Shown: positions 1 through 12,332 of the stretch, piece after piece
Position numbering within the stretch: the first letter of the stretch is position 1
Layout of the letters: every line of letters starts with the position of its first letter
Origin: the human T2T-CHM13v2.0 reference genome, Homo sapiens
NCBI RefSeq assembly: GCF_009914755.1
Contig: NC_060926.1
Strand: one strand, 5' to 3'
DNA: 64,000 bases
The notes under the pieces: model-generated
The model's database searches: none
What the model was told of the DNA's origin: nothing
What the model saw: the letters and a program-made list of their open reading frames with translations, nothing else
Position numbers and translations under genes: made by a program

Positions 1-1005
1 CCATTGTCAAGAGACATGGATACACTTTGAAATAAAGCAAATGTTGGAACTATCAGACAGAGACTTTGAAATAACTATTATAATGTATGTCAAAGGATCT
101 GGTGAAAAATATGAATGACATACGTGAACAAATGGGGATTACAGCAGAGAAGTGAAGAACTAAAGAAGGCATCAAATACAAAATATCAGAAATGAAGAAT
201 TTCTGTGATGGGCTTGGGAGAAGACAGAACACACATGAGGAAAGATATCTTGAAGATAAGCCAATATAAATTATTCAAATGGTAACAAAGAGGGAAAAGA
301 AGAGGCAGACAAAAAACAAACAGAGCTTCCAAGAACTGTGGTCCAACATATGGGTCACTGGAGGCCCAGAAGGAAAAGATGGAGAAAACAAATGAAATAG
401 GTATACATATATATACATATTTGAAGAGATATGTGCTGAGAGTTTCCTCCTAATGAAAGAAAACAAACCACAAATTTAAGCGGCTCAGAGAATCCCAAGC
501 CTGTATGTGCACACAGACACACATTCACACACACACACACAGAATTCACACACTGATTATAATAAAACTGCTCAATATCAAAATCAAAATGAAAAATCTT
601 CAAGGTATACAAAGATAACGACAACATTACAAATAGGGCAACAAATAATGACAGCAGACATGTAGTCGAAACTATACAAACCAGAAGACAATGGTGTGAC
701 ATCTTTAAAGCCACACTGTCAACTCAGAATTTTATACTCAGTGAAAATATTTTTACAGAAAGAAAGAGAAATAAAGATTTTTGTTCAGACAAACAAAAGC
801 TGAAAGAATTTACTGCCAACTAACCTTCACTACAAGAAATACTAAATGAGAGAAAATATGATACTAAAAAGAAATTTGGTTCTAGATAAAGAAATGAAAT
901 ACAATGGAAATCATAAAAAATGAGGGAAAATACAAAAAGACATTTTTCTCTTATTTTTAATTGCTTTAAAAGATAATTGCAGATATATAAAATGATGTTT
1001 GTCAT
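1..1005 (+). mobile_element. Old L1M-type LINE-1 fragment, ORF1 region (degenerate)
   Basis: Degenerate ORF1 C-terminal motifs, e.g. ccagaagacaatggtgtgacatctttaaag and tgtcaactcagaattttatactcagtgaaaata; A-rich strand; no intact frame. Confidence 0.7.
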
Positions 1006-1011
1006 CATTAC

Positions 1012-1448
1012 TTAATCAAATTACAATGAGACACCATTTCACAGCTACCAGGATGGCTAGAATCAAAAGGTTAGATAATAACATGTGTTGGACAGGATGC
1101 AGAAAAATCACAATATTTGTACACTGCTGGTGGGAATGTAAAATGGTACAGCTGCTCTGGCATACTGTCTAGCAGTTATTTACAAAATTAAGTATAGAAT
1201 TACCATAAGACACAGCAATTTCATTTCTAGGTACATACTCAAGAGAAATAAACAAATTTGCCCACATAAAAACTTACACACAAACATTCATAATAGCATT
1301 ATTCATAAAAGCCAAATGTTGGAAGCCAGTTCAAATGTCCAAAGACTAACAAATGAGTAAACAAATGTGGTATATCCACACAACAAAATATTATTCAGCA
1401 ACAAAAGAAATAAAATACTGATACATACTATAACATGAATGAACTAGC
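1012..1448 (+). mobile_element. L1MB/L1MC-type ORF2 end and 3' region
   Basis: caatgagacaccatttcac...acactgctggtgggaatgtaaaatggtacagc...aaatgtggtatatccacacaac, the conserved L1 ORF2 C-terminal block. Confidence 0.8.
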
Positions 1449-2035
1449 ATTATGAAGCCAGCATAAACTTACCAAGAATATTATAAGAAAGGAAAATCAC
1501 TGTCCAATCAATCTCTTTCATAAACATACCCACAAAAATCCTCAACAAAATATTAACAAATCAAATCCAGAAAAACATAGAAAGATAATACAACATGAAC
1601 AAATTGGGTTTATTCCAGAAATGCAATGTTTATTTAACATTAAAAAATTAATCTGTATAATTATCACATAAATGGAATAATGGAAAAAAATGTCATCTCA
1701 ATAATTACAGGGAAATCTTTTGATCAAATTTAACATCGGTTCCCCTCAAAATTCTTCACAAACCAAAAGTAGGCAATAATTTCCCTAATTTAATTAACAG
1801 GTTTCTTACAAAAATCTTTCAGCTAACATCATAATTAATGCTAAAGTATTTAAAATTTTATAATTGAGAGACAAGACAAAGATACCTGCTATTACACTAA
1901 CATCATAATTAATGCTACAATATTTAAAGTTTTATCATTGAGAGACAAAACAAAGATACCTGCTGTTATACTACTGTTAACATTGTCTTGGAAGTCTTAC
2001 CCAGCGCAAGACAGCAAGAAAAAGAAATAAAAGTC
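1449..2035 (+). mobile_element. Old L1M ORF2 fragment (RT region)
   Basis: ttatgaagccagcata...aaaaatcctcaacaaaatatta...caagacagcaagaaaaagaaataaaa match L1 ORF2 motifs (FYEASI, KILNKIL, RQEKEIK). Confidence 0.8.
1823..1970. repeat. 74-bp tandem duplication (2 copies)
   Basis: 1823-1896 vs 1897-1970, 7 mismatches by manual alignment. Confidence 0.95.
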
Positions 2036-2049
2036 CTTAGGACGGTGTT

Positions 2050-2160
2050 TTGGTTTCTCATGCCTTCTATAATAAATTACCACAAGCTGGGTGGCTTAAA
2101 CAATAGGAATTTGTTCTCTTTACAGTTTTGGAGACTAGAAGTCCAAAATCTGGCAGAACT
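2050..2160 (-). mobile_element. MLT1 (MaLR) LTR fragment
   Basis: aataaattaccacaagctgggtggcttaaacaataggaatttgttctc...gagactagaagtccaaaatc, typical MLT1 terminus. Confidence 0.75.
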
Positions 2161-2429
2161 GTGTTCCAGAAAGAGACTAACACTAACACTACTCTTTACT
2201 TAAGCACTTTCTTCTCTTAGTATTCACCTTGAATTGCTCATCTCCAGCACTCTTCTCTGGTTAATTTTCCTTCAGCACAGGCTTCTTTATTTAGAGAGTT
2301 ATCTTCACCCCAATCTTAACTCTCTAGTACTATAATCTTCTGGAGGAAAAGAAACAAATCTATTACCTCTTTATGTATAACAAATGCTAGCTGTCTTTGT
2401 AATTTCACTTACAGAGAAGAAGTCCTTTA

Positions 2430-2560
2430 GATAACCTTCTAGATGACCTGATCCAACTCCCATATCTTCTTGAAGAGCAAACTTTAACTCTGAGAGGTGA
2501 CAAGACTTGCTAAAATTGCATATCTAGTTAATACAGGAACCAAACCTAAAGTCTAAATAA
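2430..2560 (-). mobile_element. MIR SINE fragment
   Basis: atccaactccc...ctctgagaggtgacaagacttgctaaaattgcatatctagttaat resembles MIR core in reverse. Confidence 0.6.
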
Positions 2561-4534
2561 GAAAACTTCTAAGTTGACAGTTGGGAAATTCTAATGTCTC
2601 TGATTCCCTGTGAAAAATACAAAGAATATACTCTAATGCCACATACAAAAATAACCCTTGCTCCTTGTAGTTTTCTTGTAACACGATGATCTGTTTTATA
2701 TTAAGACCTGGTAGGTCTCTACTGGATAGGTTTTCATTTACAGAGCCAGTCCTCCCAGGGCAGGGGTGCGGGCTCAGCCCGGCACTGGGACAGAGCAGGA
2801 GGCAGGAGAGGACATGTTCAGCGCCTCTGAGCCCTTCCTACTGTGTTCCATCTCAACCTTGAGCAGGGCAGACATGTTGACAAGTGCTCCTGGTGTCACT
2901 GGAGGAGCAAGAGGATGAGGAATGATTAGGTAGCAGCCACTACATAAGACAGGCTGGAGGAGAAGGAGACCCCAGCATCTGGCTAGAGTTGGTGGGCAAA
3001 GGTGAGGAAGTTCCATCTTGTGAGCCACTATCTAAATCTCTGAATTAATTTTTGCTTTGAAGTTCTACTGCTTATAGAGTTTATTTCAGCTCTGCTAGGC
3101 TGTGGGAAGGAGCATAGTTCCACATCCTTGAAACAAAATATTGACAGCAGTCTCCCTTCTTCCCAGAGGTCAGTGCTGTGGGGCCGGGGCAATCTGAGAG
3201 CTCTCCAGAGGGAAGGAGAATCTTGTGGAAGATAACAGAAGCAGCAACCTTAATGGCCTGCTGTCCCATCTGAGCCAGTGTGCCCACTCTATTGTATACT
3301 TGGATGATTTACGATTAATGTTATGAAGGAGATTACTTGTATCTTTACACCCTCAGTCCTCTGCTTCGTCTGGCATGTAAACCATTGCACTCTGGGGAAT
3401 CTAACCTGCCTTCTTCACATCTCTGGCCACAGTTTCTCTCAGCAGAGAATAGATCTCCTTAATAAATGAGAGATTAGTTCATAATAGGCAATCTAGCTTC
3501 TCCCAAGCCAATTTTAAAACTCAGTCAAGAAGCGTTTCTGTCTCTCTCCTTAGGCTTCTTTCATGCCTTAGAGCTCTCTAGAACATGTACTTGTATCTGG
3601 TGGCTGTGAAATGAATTGCCAACAGTAAGGTGGGAGGTGAGGAGAGCTGGGCAGGTATCTTAGTACAAAGAGACTCAGACATGACAGACACCGGCATCAA
3701 CAATGACATCTCAGTAGAACCAGAGATAGCATTCCACAGGTGGGAGATAAGCGTCTTTCAAGTAGGAAAGGGTTAATCTGCCTCGAATCACCTCAGAGAG
3801 TGGCTCCATTAATAGGAAATCACTGTTAGGATAGGAATTAACATCTGCATCCTAAAAGGCTCATCTGGCCTCTGCCTTGGTGAACAGGCCCATGTCAAGA
3901 CAAGGTAGCCCTGGGAAGAAAGAGGCTTACTTTTCCCTCTCGCCCCTCCATAATGCCCTGTTGTGTCTGGGAAGAAGGAATGGGAGTGGAAAGTATGGTG
4001 AGAAAATTTCACCACATTAAACTATCTCAATCCCCCTTTTTATAGCTGTTGTGGAAAATAGAGGAAGCGTTTAAGCCCTTGGTTCATGTGTTTTAAAAAC
4101 TGATTATAAAATAAGGGAAATGTGCATTTCATGCATGAAGCATTTTAAGACACTGGAATATGAATTTCACAAAAGCCCATGCTGGAATCAGAACACTGGT
4201 TGGCATTCATCACTTACTGTAAACCTTGACTTCAGTGCCTGGATTCCTGGGGAGCCTGTGTTTGCTTCGGCGGCTCCTGCCAGCTTTCACAGTTCATAGC
4301 CCTCCTATATCACAATTTCACGTTTGGGGGGAATGCGTCAGCTCAGGACATACTCCTATAGTCTAGATACACCCATGGTGCAATGGCTGAGGAATATGTT
4401 GAAGCCTAACTGGTTCCCTTTTTGTGGGTTCCTTTCTTTTTTCCTTTTGAAAAACTTTCAAATAAGATTTGTAAGACTTTTTAGACATTTACAAACAAAA
4501 TCTGTGCTCATCAATTTTTTGAAAAAGTCTCTAG

Positions 4535-4720
4535 TAGAACAGAGTGGCCAGGAGCAATTTCCAGGACTAGCCTGCCTGGCTTTCCTTGTCATCTCCATTA
4601 CTTACCAGCTGTGTGGCTCTGGACAAAGATTGCATGCTCCCTATGTCCCCAAAATCTCCATACATGGTAAGATGGGGAGCCTATCAGAACTAGAGTCATA
4701 CAGTTATTTCAGGAAAGGAA
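4535..4720 (+). mobile_element. MIR SINE
   Basis: ccattacttaccagctgtgtggctctggacaaag...catggtaagatgggga, MIR core. Confidence 0.65.
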
Positions 4721-6711
4721 CATATTTCTGATGAGTACACACTGGCTGACTGCATTAAAAACTTAGGGACTCTCAGCATCTGTATGGACAACTGCCTTTA
4801 TTTGTCCTTTTAAAAATAAAATGTATGCTACCTTTCCCATTACATGTTAAAACAACTTGGAAAACGCACAAAAGTGGAAAGGAAGAAAAGGCATTCTTAC
4901 TGTTTCACTTGAAGGGAAAACTAGTTAACTTTTGATACGTTTCCTTCTAATCTTTCTCTGACAAAGATGAAATTTTAAAAAATCCCGCCCATAGTTGTGA
5001 ATTAGCTACAAACACCCATCCAGAAGAAGATGCCTTGTTAACATCAGCATAGGGAGTGGTTCAAAACTAGACCCAATCTCATCTTGCTGCTTCACTGTCC
5101 AGAGTGGTCACTGTGGTTTTTCTTTGGTACACTTACTCTTGCTTCTCCAGCCAGAAGTCAGAGCTCCAGGGGGGAGAAATTACATGCTTTATTCTTTTTG
5201 TAGCTCTCTCTAGGCATATCATAGATTCTCCATAAATAGCTATAGCGCAAAACTGAAAAGCCGTGGGGTTACTTATTATTGTCAAGGTAGTAATATTGAA
5301 AACCTTAGAAGACTAGCTGGGACAGGACGAAAACCTTGTCCGCTGAAATAGCTGATATTTCTAGGAAGTGACAGTCACTGTTAATGACTTTGAGAAAGAA
5401 TCCCAAGTACTCTAGTTTACCTTGTGAGGACAGTCTTTGGTCCTATTAGTGATGGCCTGAAGTCTTAAGGGCTGGTTTGAAGATTTTCACAAAGAAGCAG
5501 AGATAATTAATTGACTATTTTGGACTGAGAGTGGATGTCTGTTAATCTTTTTAATGACTCAGACTGGGGATGGTGGCAGATATTGGGATGATGGAGGAAG
5601 GGCCTGTCTACTCATCTGGCCCTGCCATGGGGTGGTGGTTGGCACCCTCTGATTGAGCTCACCCAGGATAGCCTCACGGGGTTGGCTTCCTACGGGAGAT
5701 ATCAGCAGTGTTTGTCTTTGAGGTACACCTTCTCATGCTCCTCTGGCTGGCAGCACCTACTCCCAGGTACCTAAGCCCTGTGAGGTACTTCTACTTTATC
5801 CAGAATTGGTTTTAAGAAACCAGCCTCTGTCCACCACTAACCTCTCAACAGGAATAAATAACTGTGCTTATTCCCCCAGGTGGATTAATTTTTTTAGTTT
5901 CCATCTGTGACTGTGAGAAATGGGGTTTCTGTCTCCCATGCCAACCAATAGGGAAGGGAGAAATTTGGGAAACCTTAGATACCTCTCACGTCCAGAGATT
6001 TGTGGTAGGAAAGGTCACCTCATTCTGCCTGGCTTTGCTTTGACTTTCCCAGTGATCCTGGAGCGCTCCTCCTCACCCTGGCTGCTGTGTTCTTCCTTAG
6101 AACTGCAAGCTGTAAGCTTGAAACGAGGAACACTTCACTCCATAAGCAGAGTGAGGCCTTGGGTGGGTGAGAAAACCAAGACCTACGACATCAGCCATCC
6201 CTGGAACTTCTGGGGTCTTTTTGTTCTGGTACTGCTGGTTATTTGTTTCCATAACACTTCAGAGAAACAAGACCTCCTTGCATGATTATTCTAACTTTCT
6301 CCCTAGTAATTTCAAGTTCAGGTTGACATTTGTGTAGCCTCTATTTATTGTTTATTCACTTTTATTTATCTGAAGTCCCTAGGATATCAATGCTGTGCAT
6401 AGTTGCTACAAGAAAGGCTGTAGAGAGACTACATAGGGTGAGCCATGTTGATATGGGGCAGGGAGGTACTTGTTCCAGCCTGTCAGCTCTGATGCTGATG
6501 AGGTAACAAGAGCCATGATACTCTTTCTCCACTGAAAACTAGAAAGTTTGGCCCTTTTAGGAGAATTTCAGTGCCTAGAGCCACCTCAATCAGCATCAGA
6601 ATTATCCTGAAATATCCAAAACTGTTGCTATGCAGTGGGACTCGATGTAGTTTTTTATGAGAGTCTGGTCACATGAAATAGTTACATCATATAATACAAA
6701 TAATTATTATT

Positions 6712-6790
6712 TACATGTGCCCCATAAATATGTACAACTATTATGTATACATAAAAATTAAAATAAAACAATTTTAAAAGTTAAAAAATA
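6712..6790 (+). mobile_element. Short L1 (L1PB/L1MA-like) 3' terminus with A-rich tail
   Basis: catgtgccccataaatatgtacaactattatgtatacataaaaattaaaataaaa. Confidence 0.7.
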
Positions 6791-6893
6791 ATTGTTATAG
6801 ATTAGGTTTACTGAGTTTACTATGCACTTCAGTGCTTTACATGTACGCATTAGTCAGTATAGTCAGGGGTATGCTTCAGTAACAAAATTACCT

Positions 6894-7460
6894 TGTATGT
6901 AAGTTTCCTTTTTGTCATAATAAATCACATCAAATTTCATGTCTTAAAATAATACAAATATATTATCTTACAGTTCTGTAGGTCTAAAGTCTGGCACAGG
7001 ACTTACCAGACCCAAATTGAGGTTCTAGCAGGGTTGCATTCCTTTCTGGGGACCTAAGCGTGAATCTGTTTCCTCACTCCTCAGGTTATTGGTAAAAGTT
7101 AGTTCTTGTGGTTATAGGAACCAGGTTTCCATTTTTTGACTGACTATACACTGAGAACCCAGTCCCCAGTTTCCAGCAGCCACAACATTCCTTAGCTCAC
7201 CATTCCCTTTATTTATCTTCAAAGCCCCCAATGGCATGTTGAGTCCTTCTCACATGGAATTTCTCTGATCTAGTTGAGAAAAGTTCACTGTTTTTAAGGA
7301 CTTAATGTGATTCAACTGGACTCCTGCAGATGACCCACCTCAAAGCCCATACCCTAAATCACATGTACAAAGTTCCTTTGGCAATGTAAGGAAATGTATT
7401 TCTATGTTCTGGGGGATTAGGGTATAGACATCTCTGGAGGGCCATTATTCTGCCTGCCAT
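6894..7460 (-). mobile_element. MLT1D/E-like solo LTR nested in an older MLT1 fragment (6850-6893, 7461-7510)
   Basis: tgtatgtaagtttcct...tattatcttacagttctgtaggtc...gggccattattctgcctgccata; flanks tatgcttcagtaacaaa / cctgaaatcacagtggcttaacacaataaaagttt join into a second MLT1 terminus. Confidence 0.75.
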
Positions 7461-8239
7461 ACCCTGAAATCACAGTGGCTTAACACAATAAAAGTTTGTT
7501 TCTTGCTTTTGTAAGATCTAGTGGATATGGTGCAGGTTTTCTGTATTTTGTATGTCTCCCATTTAGGGCATCTGAACTTTTAGGTCAAATGCTACTGCTA
7601 AATCAAGTAAAATGGAGACTGTTGGATTGAAAGCATGGCCTTGAATAAGGTAGTGATGGTGGAGGGAGAGGATGGAGGCTTGATTGGGGCAGGCTCAAGA
7701 GATACTGGAAGGAGAGTAATTGAAGACAGTGACTATTGTCAGCTCTAACTATTTTTGCTTTACCAATCAGAAGTTTGAGAATTAGGAATTGTCTGTGCAA
7801 AGCCTAGATTAATTTTTGGAAAACCTGAAAAGTCAGTGAAGTTGTCCTGATGAGCCACTTTATTATAGTAAGAACTCTGGATTGGCACCCAAAGGATCTA
7901 CATTCAGGCCAGTCAGTTACATCTCTGTGTAGGGACTTGACTATAAGCCCTCAGCGTTAAGTGCAGGTTATATGTTTAATCTGTAATATGTGTGTGGATA
8001 TAAATATGTTTATATTTACATATTTATTATGTATTAAATATGAATTTAATACATATTTTGCAATTTATTTGAATTAAACAAACAAAACCCACAGTGTAGT
8101 AAGGGCTATAATAGAAGTATGAACAAGGACGACAGATACCTGAGAATAAATTAGTTTATGCTAGATTAGCACTCCACTATATGTGATATGTTCAGTTACT
8201 CCTCTCCTATAGGAGAATATGTCCATCATGAAGACATCT

Positions 8240-8480
8240 GGGAGAGTAGTACATGGTCATTATGGATGTTAGGCTTGAAATAGACACTTGTAGGCTTAAA
8301 CCTCTACTCTGCCACATATAGTTATGTGATCATACCTGAGTTAATAAGCTTTCCCCAATTTTGACTTTCCCATCTATAAAATGGGTATGATAACAGCCCC
8401 ATCCTGTAAGTGAGATAAATACAGAATTCATATAAAGCACCTAGAACAAGACTCAGTAAACATCAGGCATTGTGATAATT
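8240..8480 (+). mobile_element. MIR SINE
   Basis: ctctgccacatatagttatgtgatc...tttcccatctataaaatgggtatgataacag...ataaagcacctagaaca. Confidence 0.75.
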
Positions 8481-8519
8481 AACTTCATGTGAAGAAGATA
8501 TAAGGTGGTGATGAAGGAG

Positions 8520-9540
8520 GTTATAGAAAACCTGTCTGCTTATGTGTAAGGGGTGGATGGCAGGGGTGTGAGTCTGGAGACTAAATGTCAGTTCCAAGTC
8601 TATTTTGAGTGCAAATGATAATGAGAAGGGCCTGAACCAAAGTAGTGGTTATGGAGGCAGTGATTTGAGAGCTGCTTAGGAGGTAGAATCAGAAGGACTT
8701 AGTGATCAGGAAGGAAAGAGGTGAGTTAAACTCCCAGGGTTCAAGTCTGGGGGACTGGATACCATCATCAATTAAGAGATGCTTTGTAAGAGAAGAAGAT
8801 GAGCTCAGCTTTTGCTCTGTTCACTTCACTGCCTGGTGCTTGTGGGACCCATAGGTAGAAATAGCTATGGCCCGCTGGTTGTGTGGCTCTGAGCTTCTGT
8901 TCTCTCCATGTTGTTCAAAAATAATGCTTTGAGTGATAGCTGCACAGGAGTGGTGACAGAAACCATGCATGGGAGCAATGCCACTTAGCAATAGCATAGA
9001 ATAGGGTTTCTCACTCTTGACACTATTGACATTTTGGATGGGGCAGTTTTTATTGCAGAAGATTTGCCTGTGCATTGCAGGATAGTTAACAACACCTCTG
9101 GCCTCTACCCACTAGATACCAGTAGCATTTCCCCTTCCAAGTTGTGACCACCAAAAAAATGTCTCCAGACATTGCAAAATGTCCCTGGGGGACATCCTCA
9201 CCCCTGGTTGAAAACCTTTGAATAGAATAAGGGCAAGAGGCCAAAGGACTGAACCCTAGAGTCCACCAACATCTGAAAAGAAGTAAAAGAAGAGGAGTTA
9301 GTGCGAGCAACCAAGAGAGGAGAGTTCTGAAAAAGAAGTGTTTGGAAAAGGAGATCTCCCCTCTAGGGAGATTACATAAGATATGGACAGAAAAAATGAT
9401 GGATTTGGGGATTAGAAAGTCCCTGGTGACCTCCTTCATAGAACTGGTAAGGGAAGGAGACTGAAGGTGGGGAAATAAATGTAATGCGTGGGAGCAGAGT
9501 TAGAGAAGGTAAACTCTCAATGTGCTTGCGTAAGAAAGGA
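8520..9540 (-). mobile_element. L2 LINE fragment interrupted by MER20
   Basis: aggaggtagaatcagaaggacttagtga, gaagatgagctcagctttt, gaggccaaaggactgaaccctag are characteristic reverse-strand L2. Confidence 0.75.
9002..9220. mobile_element. MER20 hAT-Charlie MITE, near full length
   Basis: gacactattgacattttgga...ctggcctctacccactagataccagtagca...aaatgtctccagacattgcaaaatgtccctgggg...cctggttgaaaacc; degenerate TSD gcatagaa/gaatagaa. Confidence 0.9.
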
Positions 9541-9584
9541 AGGAGGAGAGTGGTAATTAAAGGGGTGGGGTGTCAGGAGAGTGC

Positions 9585-9712
9585 CTTCTAAGATATGAGA
9601 CTTCTTGTATCTTGCGAGGTGAGCAAGATACAAGAAATCTTGTATCTTATTTCTTTTTGAAATATCACACTTGATCCATAGAACAGGCTCAATAAACATA
9701 CATTGGTTGAAT
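9585..9712 (+). mobile_element. L2 3' terminal remnant containing an inverted repeat
   Basis: Ends acaggctcaataaacatacattggttgaat, like the L2 3' end. Confidence 0.5.
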
Positions 9713-12277
9713 TAGAAACTGCTTTTGTTACCTTTCTTGGACTTTGGATATTTTAAAACAAATCCAGGAAGAGAGCAATGTACAACACAAAGGGATGAAT
9801 CACAAATGGCAGAATTTCAGACATGAGTCAGAGATATTTTGGGTGTAGACCTGCCCTGTGTCCTATAACCCTACCACCTACTCACCTCACATTTCTCATA
9901 TGAACTGATTGTTCTCTTGTTCCCTTTTTTTGTTGTTGTTGCCAACGAGACTTTGTTCCCAAATTCAAGCCAGCCATGGGTAATTATTTCTCTCTTGACT
10001 AATTGACGATGACAACTACTAAATTGGGTAGATAGGGGACAAATTTGGTGTCTTAGTTTTTCCCGAACTCTTCAGGCTGGGAGAGATAGGAATGTTCCCC
10101 TGGATTGAATTGAACAAAATTGTACCATCAATCTTTAGGATATCTGCACTAGCTAATTAGATGCAAACAGTGACACATCAAAAACAAAACCCAACAGAAA
10201 ACCTCCTAACTTATAATGTTGTCCTAAGGGCGGCAGCAGAGTACAGAAAAGAGAGGGGGGAAGAATATCTACCAGCAAGACTTTTGAGTGATGAGTTGTT
10301 GGTTTACCTATAGCTTATGAACATAATCTCAGCCTAAAAAGATGAACGGGAAGAGATTCTGAGAAAAAAATATATTATTTGAAGCATGCAGAATTGTAGT
10401 TTTGTAAAGCCACAAGCAGAGGCAGTTTGTTTCATTTGGTTTTGACTATAGCTCACGTCTTCTCCCCCAAAAGAACACAAAACCAGAAATAGCTGTAAAA
10501 AATTGATAACCAACATTATTTATATCAAGAACGATCCCAGATCATAGCCACTAAGAAGCCAGGACTTACTGAGGGCTGACTCAGAGCTCTTCTGTACATC
10601 ACCGAGCCCGGTGCCCTCCAACGAGCAGTTGCTTGGCTCCTGTTTATTGAACTAAAATGGAGTGATTTTTTGAATTGATGCAGTTTAAAGTAGGATTTTG
10701 AATGTCTCATTTGATCTTAAATGAAAACGCAGAAAATCAGCTGGGCATCAGATGATGCCATTGGCCTTGAAGGGAACAGCTCTCAGGTAAGCCCCAATTT
10801 TTGATGTATTGCTGAACAGCCAGCTTAATCAGAACGCCTTTCCTGAAGCCTGCATGATGAGCAGTGACATGCTAATTGAAATGTACTTTCCCCAGTGAAC
10901 CACTTAACAATTTATATAAATATCAAAGCCCTGGGCTTTACTGTCAGTCTTTGTTTTGGAATGAGAAATTTATAAAAAACATATGTTTCCAACTGTCATT
11001 GACAGAGTGTTCTTAAAATATGGCCACTGAATCACATCCGACTTTTCTTTCTGCAGACGCCGAACCAGTCAGGGTACATTTCTCTGTTAATAACATCTCC
11101 TTTCAGAAGGCATCTACTCCACACCAGGGTTTCATTACTGAAATCTGGGGAACTGTTGATAATGGAGGTGGCTTTGAGGGAAAGAATGCCCAGGGAAAAA
11201 GAGCTAATATATTTGAAATTCTAATTCTGGCAGGTGAGAAAAGGGAAATAGTTGGGAGAGAAACCACTGATCTCATTGCTGGCTTGGCAATCTTAATGAA
11301 TAATACTGTCTTCTCTGGTAACTGTTACAGAGAAGTCTACGTCCCTTTTACAGGTGAAAGTTCTGTGATTGTGAGTGAAGTCGCTCCTGAATCTGGAGAC
11401 CTTCTTGTTTGAATTGGAATAGGGACAGTCAGTCTGCGATCATAAGTCTGGCTTGCAGAGGACTTGGGAGTTGAGCTAAAAGTGTGAAATCCTGCAATAA
11501 CTGTATCAACTGGGCCAGACAGAGTGTCTTTTGTCTTCTTAGGCTATCTGACTTTCCCATAGGGTTTCTTTCCCCTAACAGGCCTCAAATGGTGTCATTT
11601 AATAAAAAATGCCACTCGGGACAAGGTAGCTTGGGCCAACCACCATACGTGGTGAATATTCTAGTAACTCTAGTCATATGGGAGAGCTGAACAGGCTTAG
11701 ACAGCTTGGGAAAAATGAGTGCTGAGAGTGGCACCAGCAGAGCCACAGGGCTGGAAGGGTGGAGGAGGTAGGTCATGTGTCAGTCCCTGTCCTCCACAAG
11801 CCCCCTGCAATCCATCTCCAAAATGCCACAGACCCTGAAACCATGCAATCGTGTTGCATCTAGTGCTGCATATAAATCTTTTAATGGCACGCCTTAAGCC
11901 TTGTGACATTTAGGCTGACTTTTTGGGAGGAAAAAATAAAGGAAGGAAGGAAGGAAGAAACTTCTGCTGGCAGCCAAGCGATCTGCATTTCATTTCAATT
12001 TAGATAGTTTTGCTCTACATTTTTTTCCCAAGGTTTCCTGGATTTCAATAATATATCTTTCATCACCAGATCACCAAAACGTGGTTATGCAGAGCTGTCT
12101 CAGGGGCTTTGGCCTGGATATCAGGGATTACTTCATAACTGGGAACTTATGAATTGTATTGGGTTTACAAATGACTTGTTTTTCTCAGTTTAATGGTTAA
12201 ACCATGAAACTGATAACTTATTCCTAGAAGGGTATGTGCATGATATGTTAATGGGTCTTTGAGAACAGGATTTAAAA

Positions 12278-12280
<3 letters not shown>

Positions 12281-12330
<50 letters not shown>
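12281..12330. repeat. (CA)25 microsatellite
   Basis: Perfect 50-bp CA run. Confidence 0.98.

Positions 12331-12332
<2 letters not shown>

Noticed and set aside
7468-7485. tcacagtggct resembling miR-27
   Set aside because: Part of an MLT1 terminus; no hairpin partner and the rest does not match.
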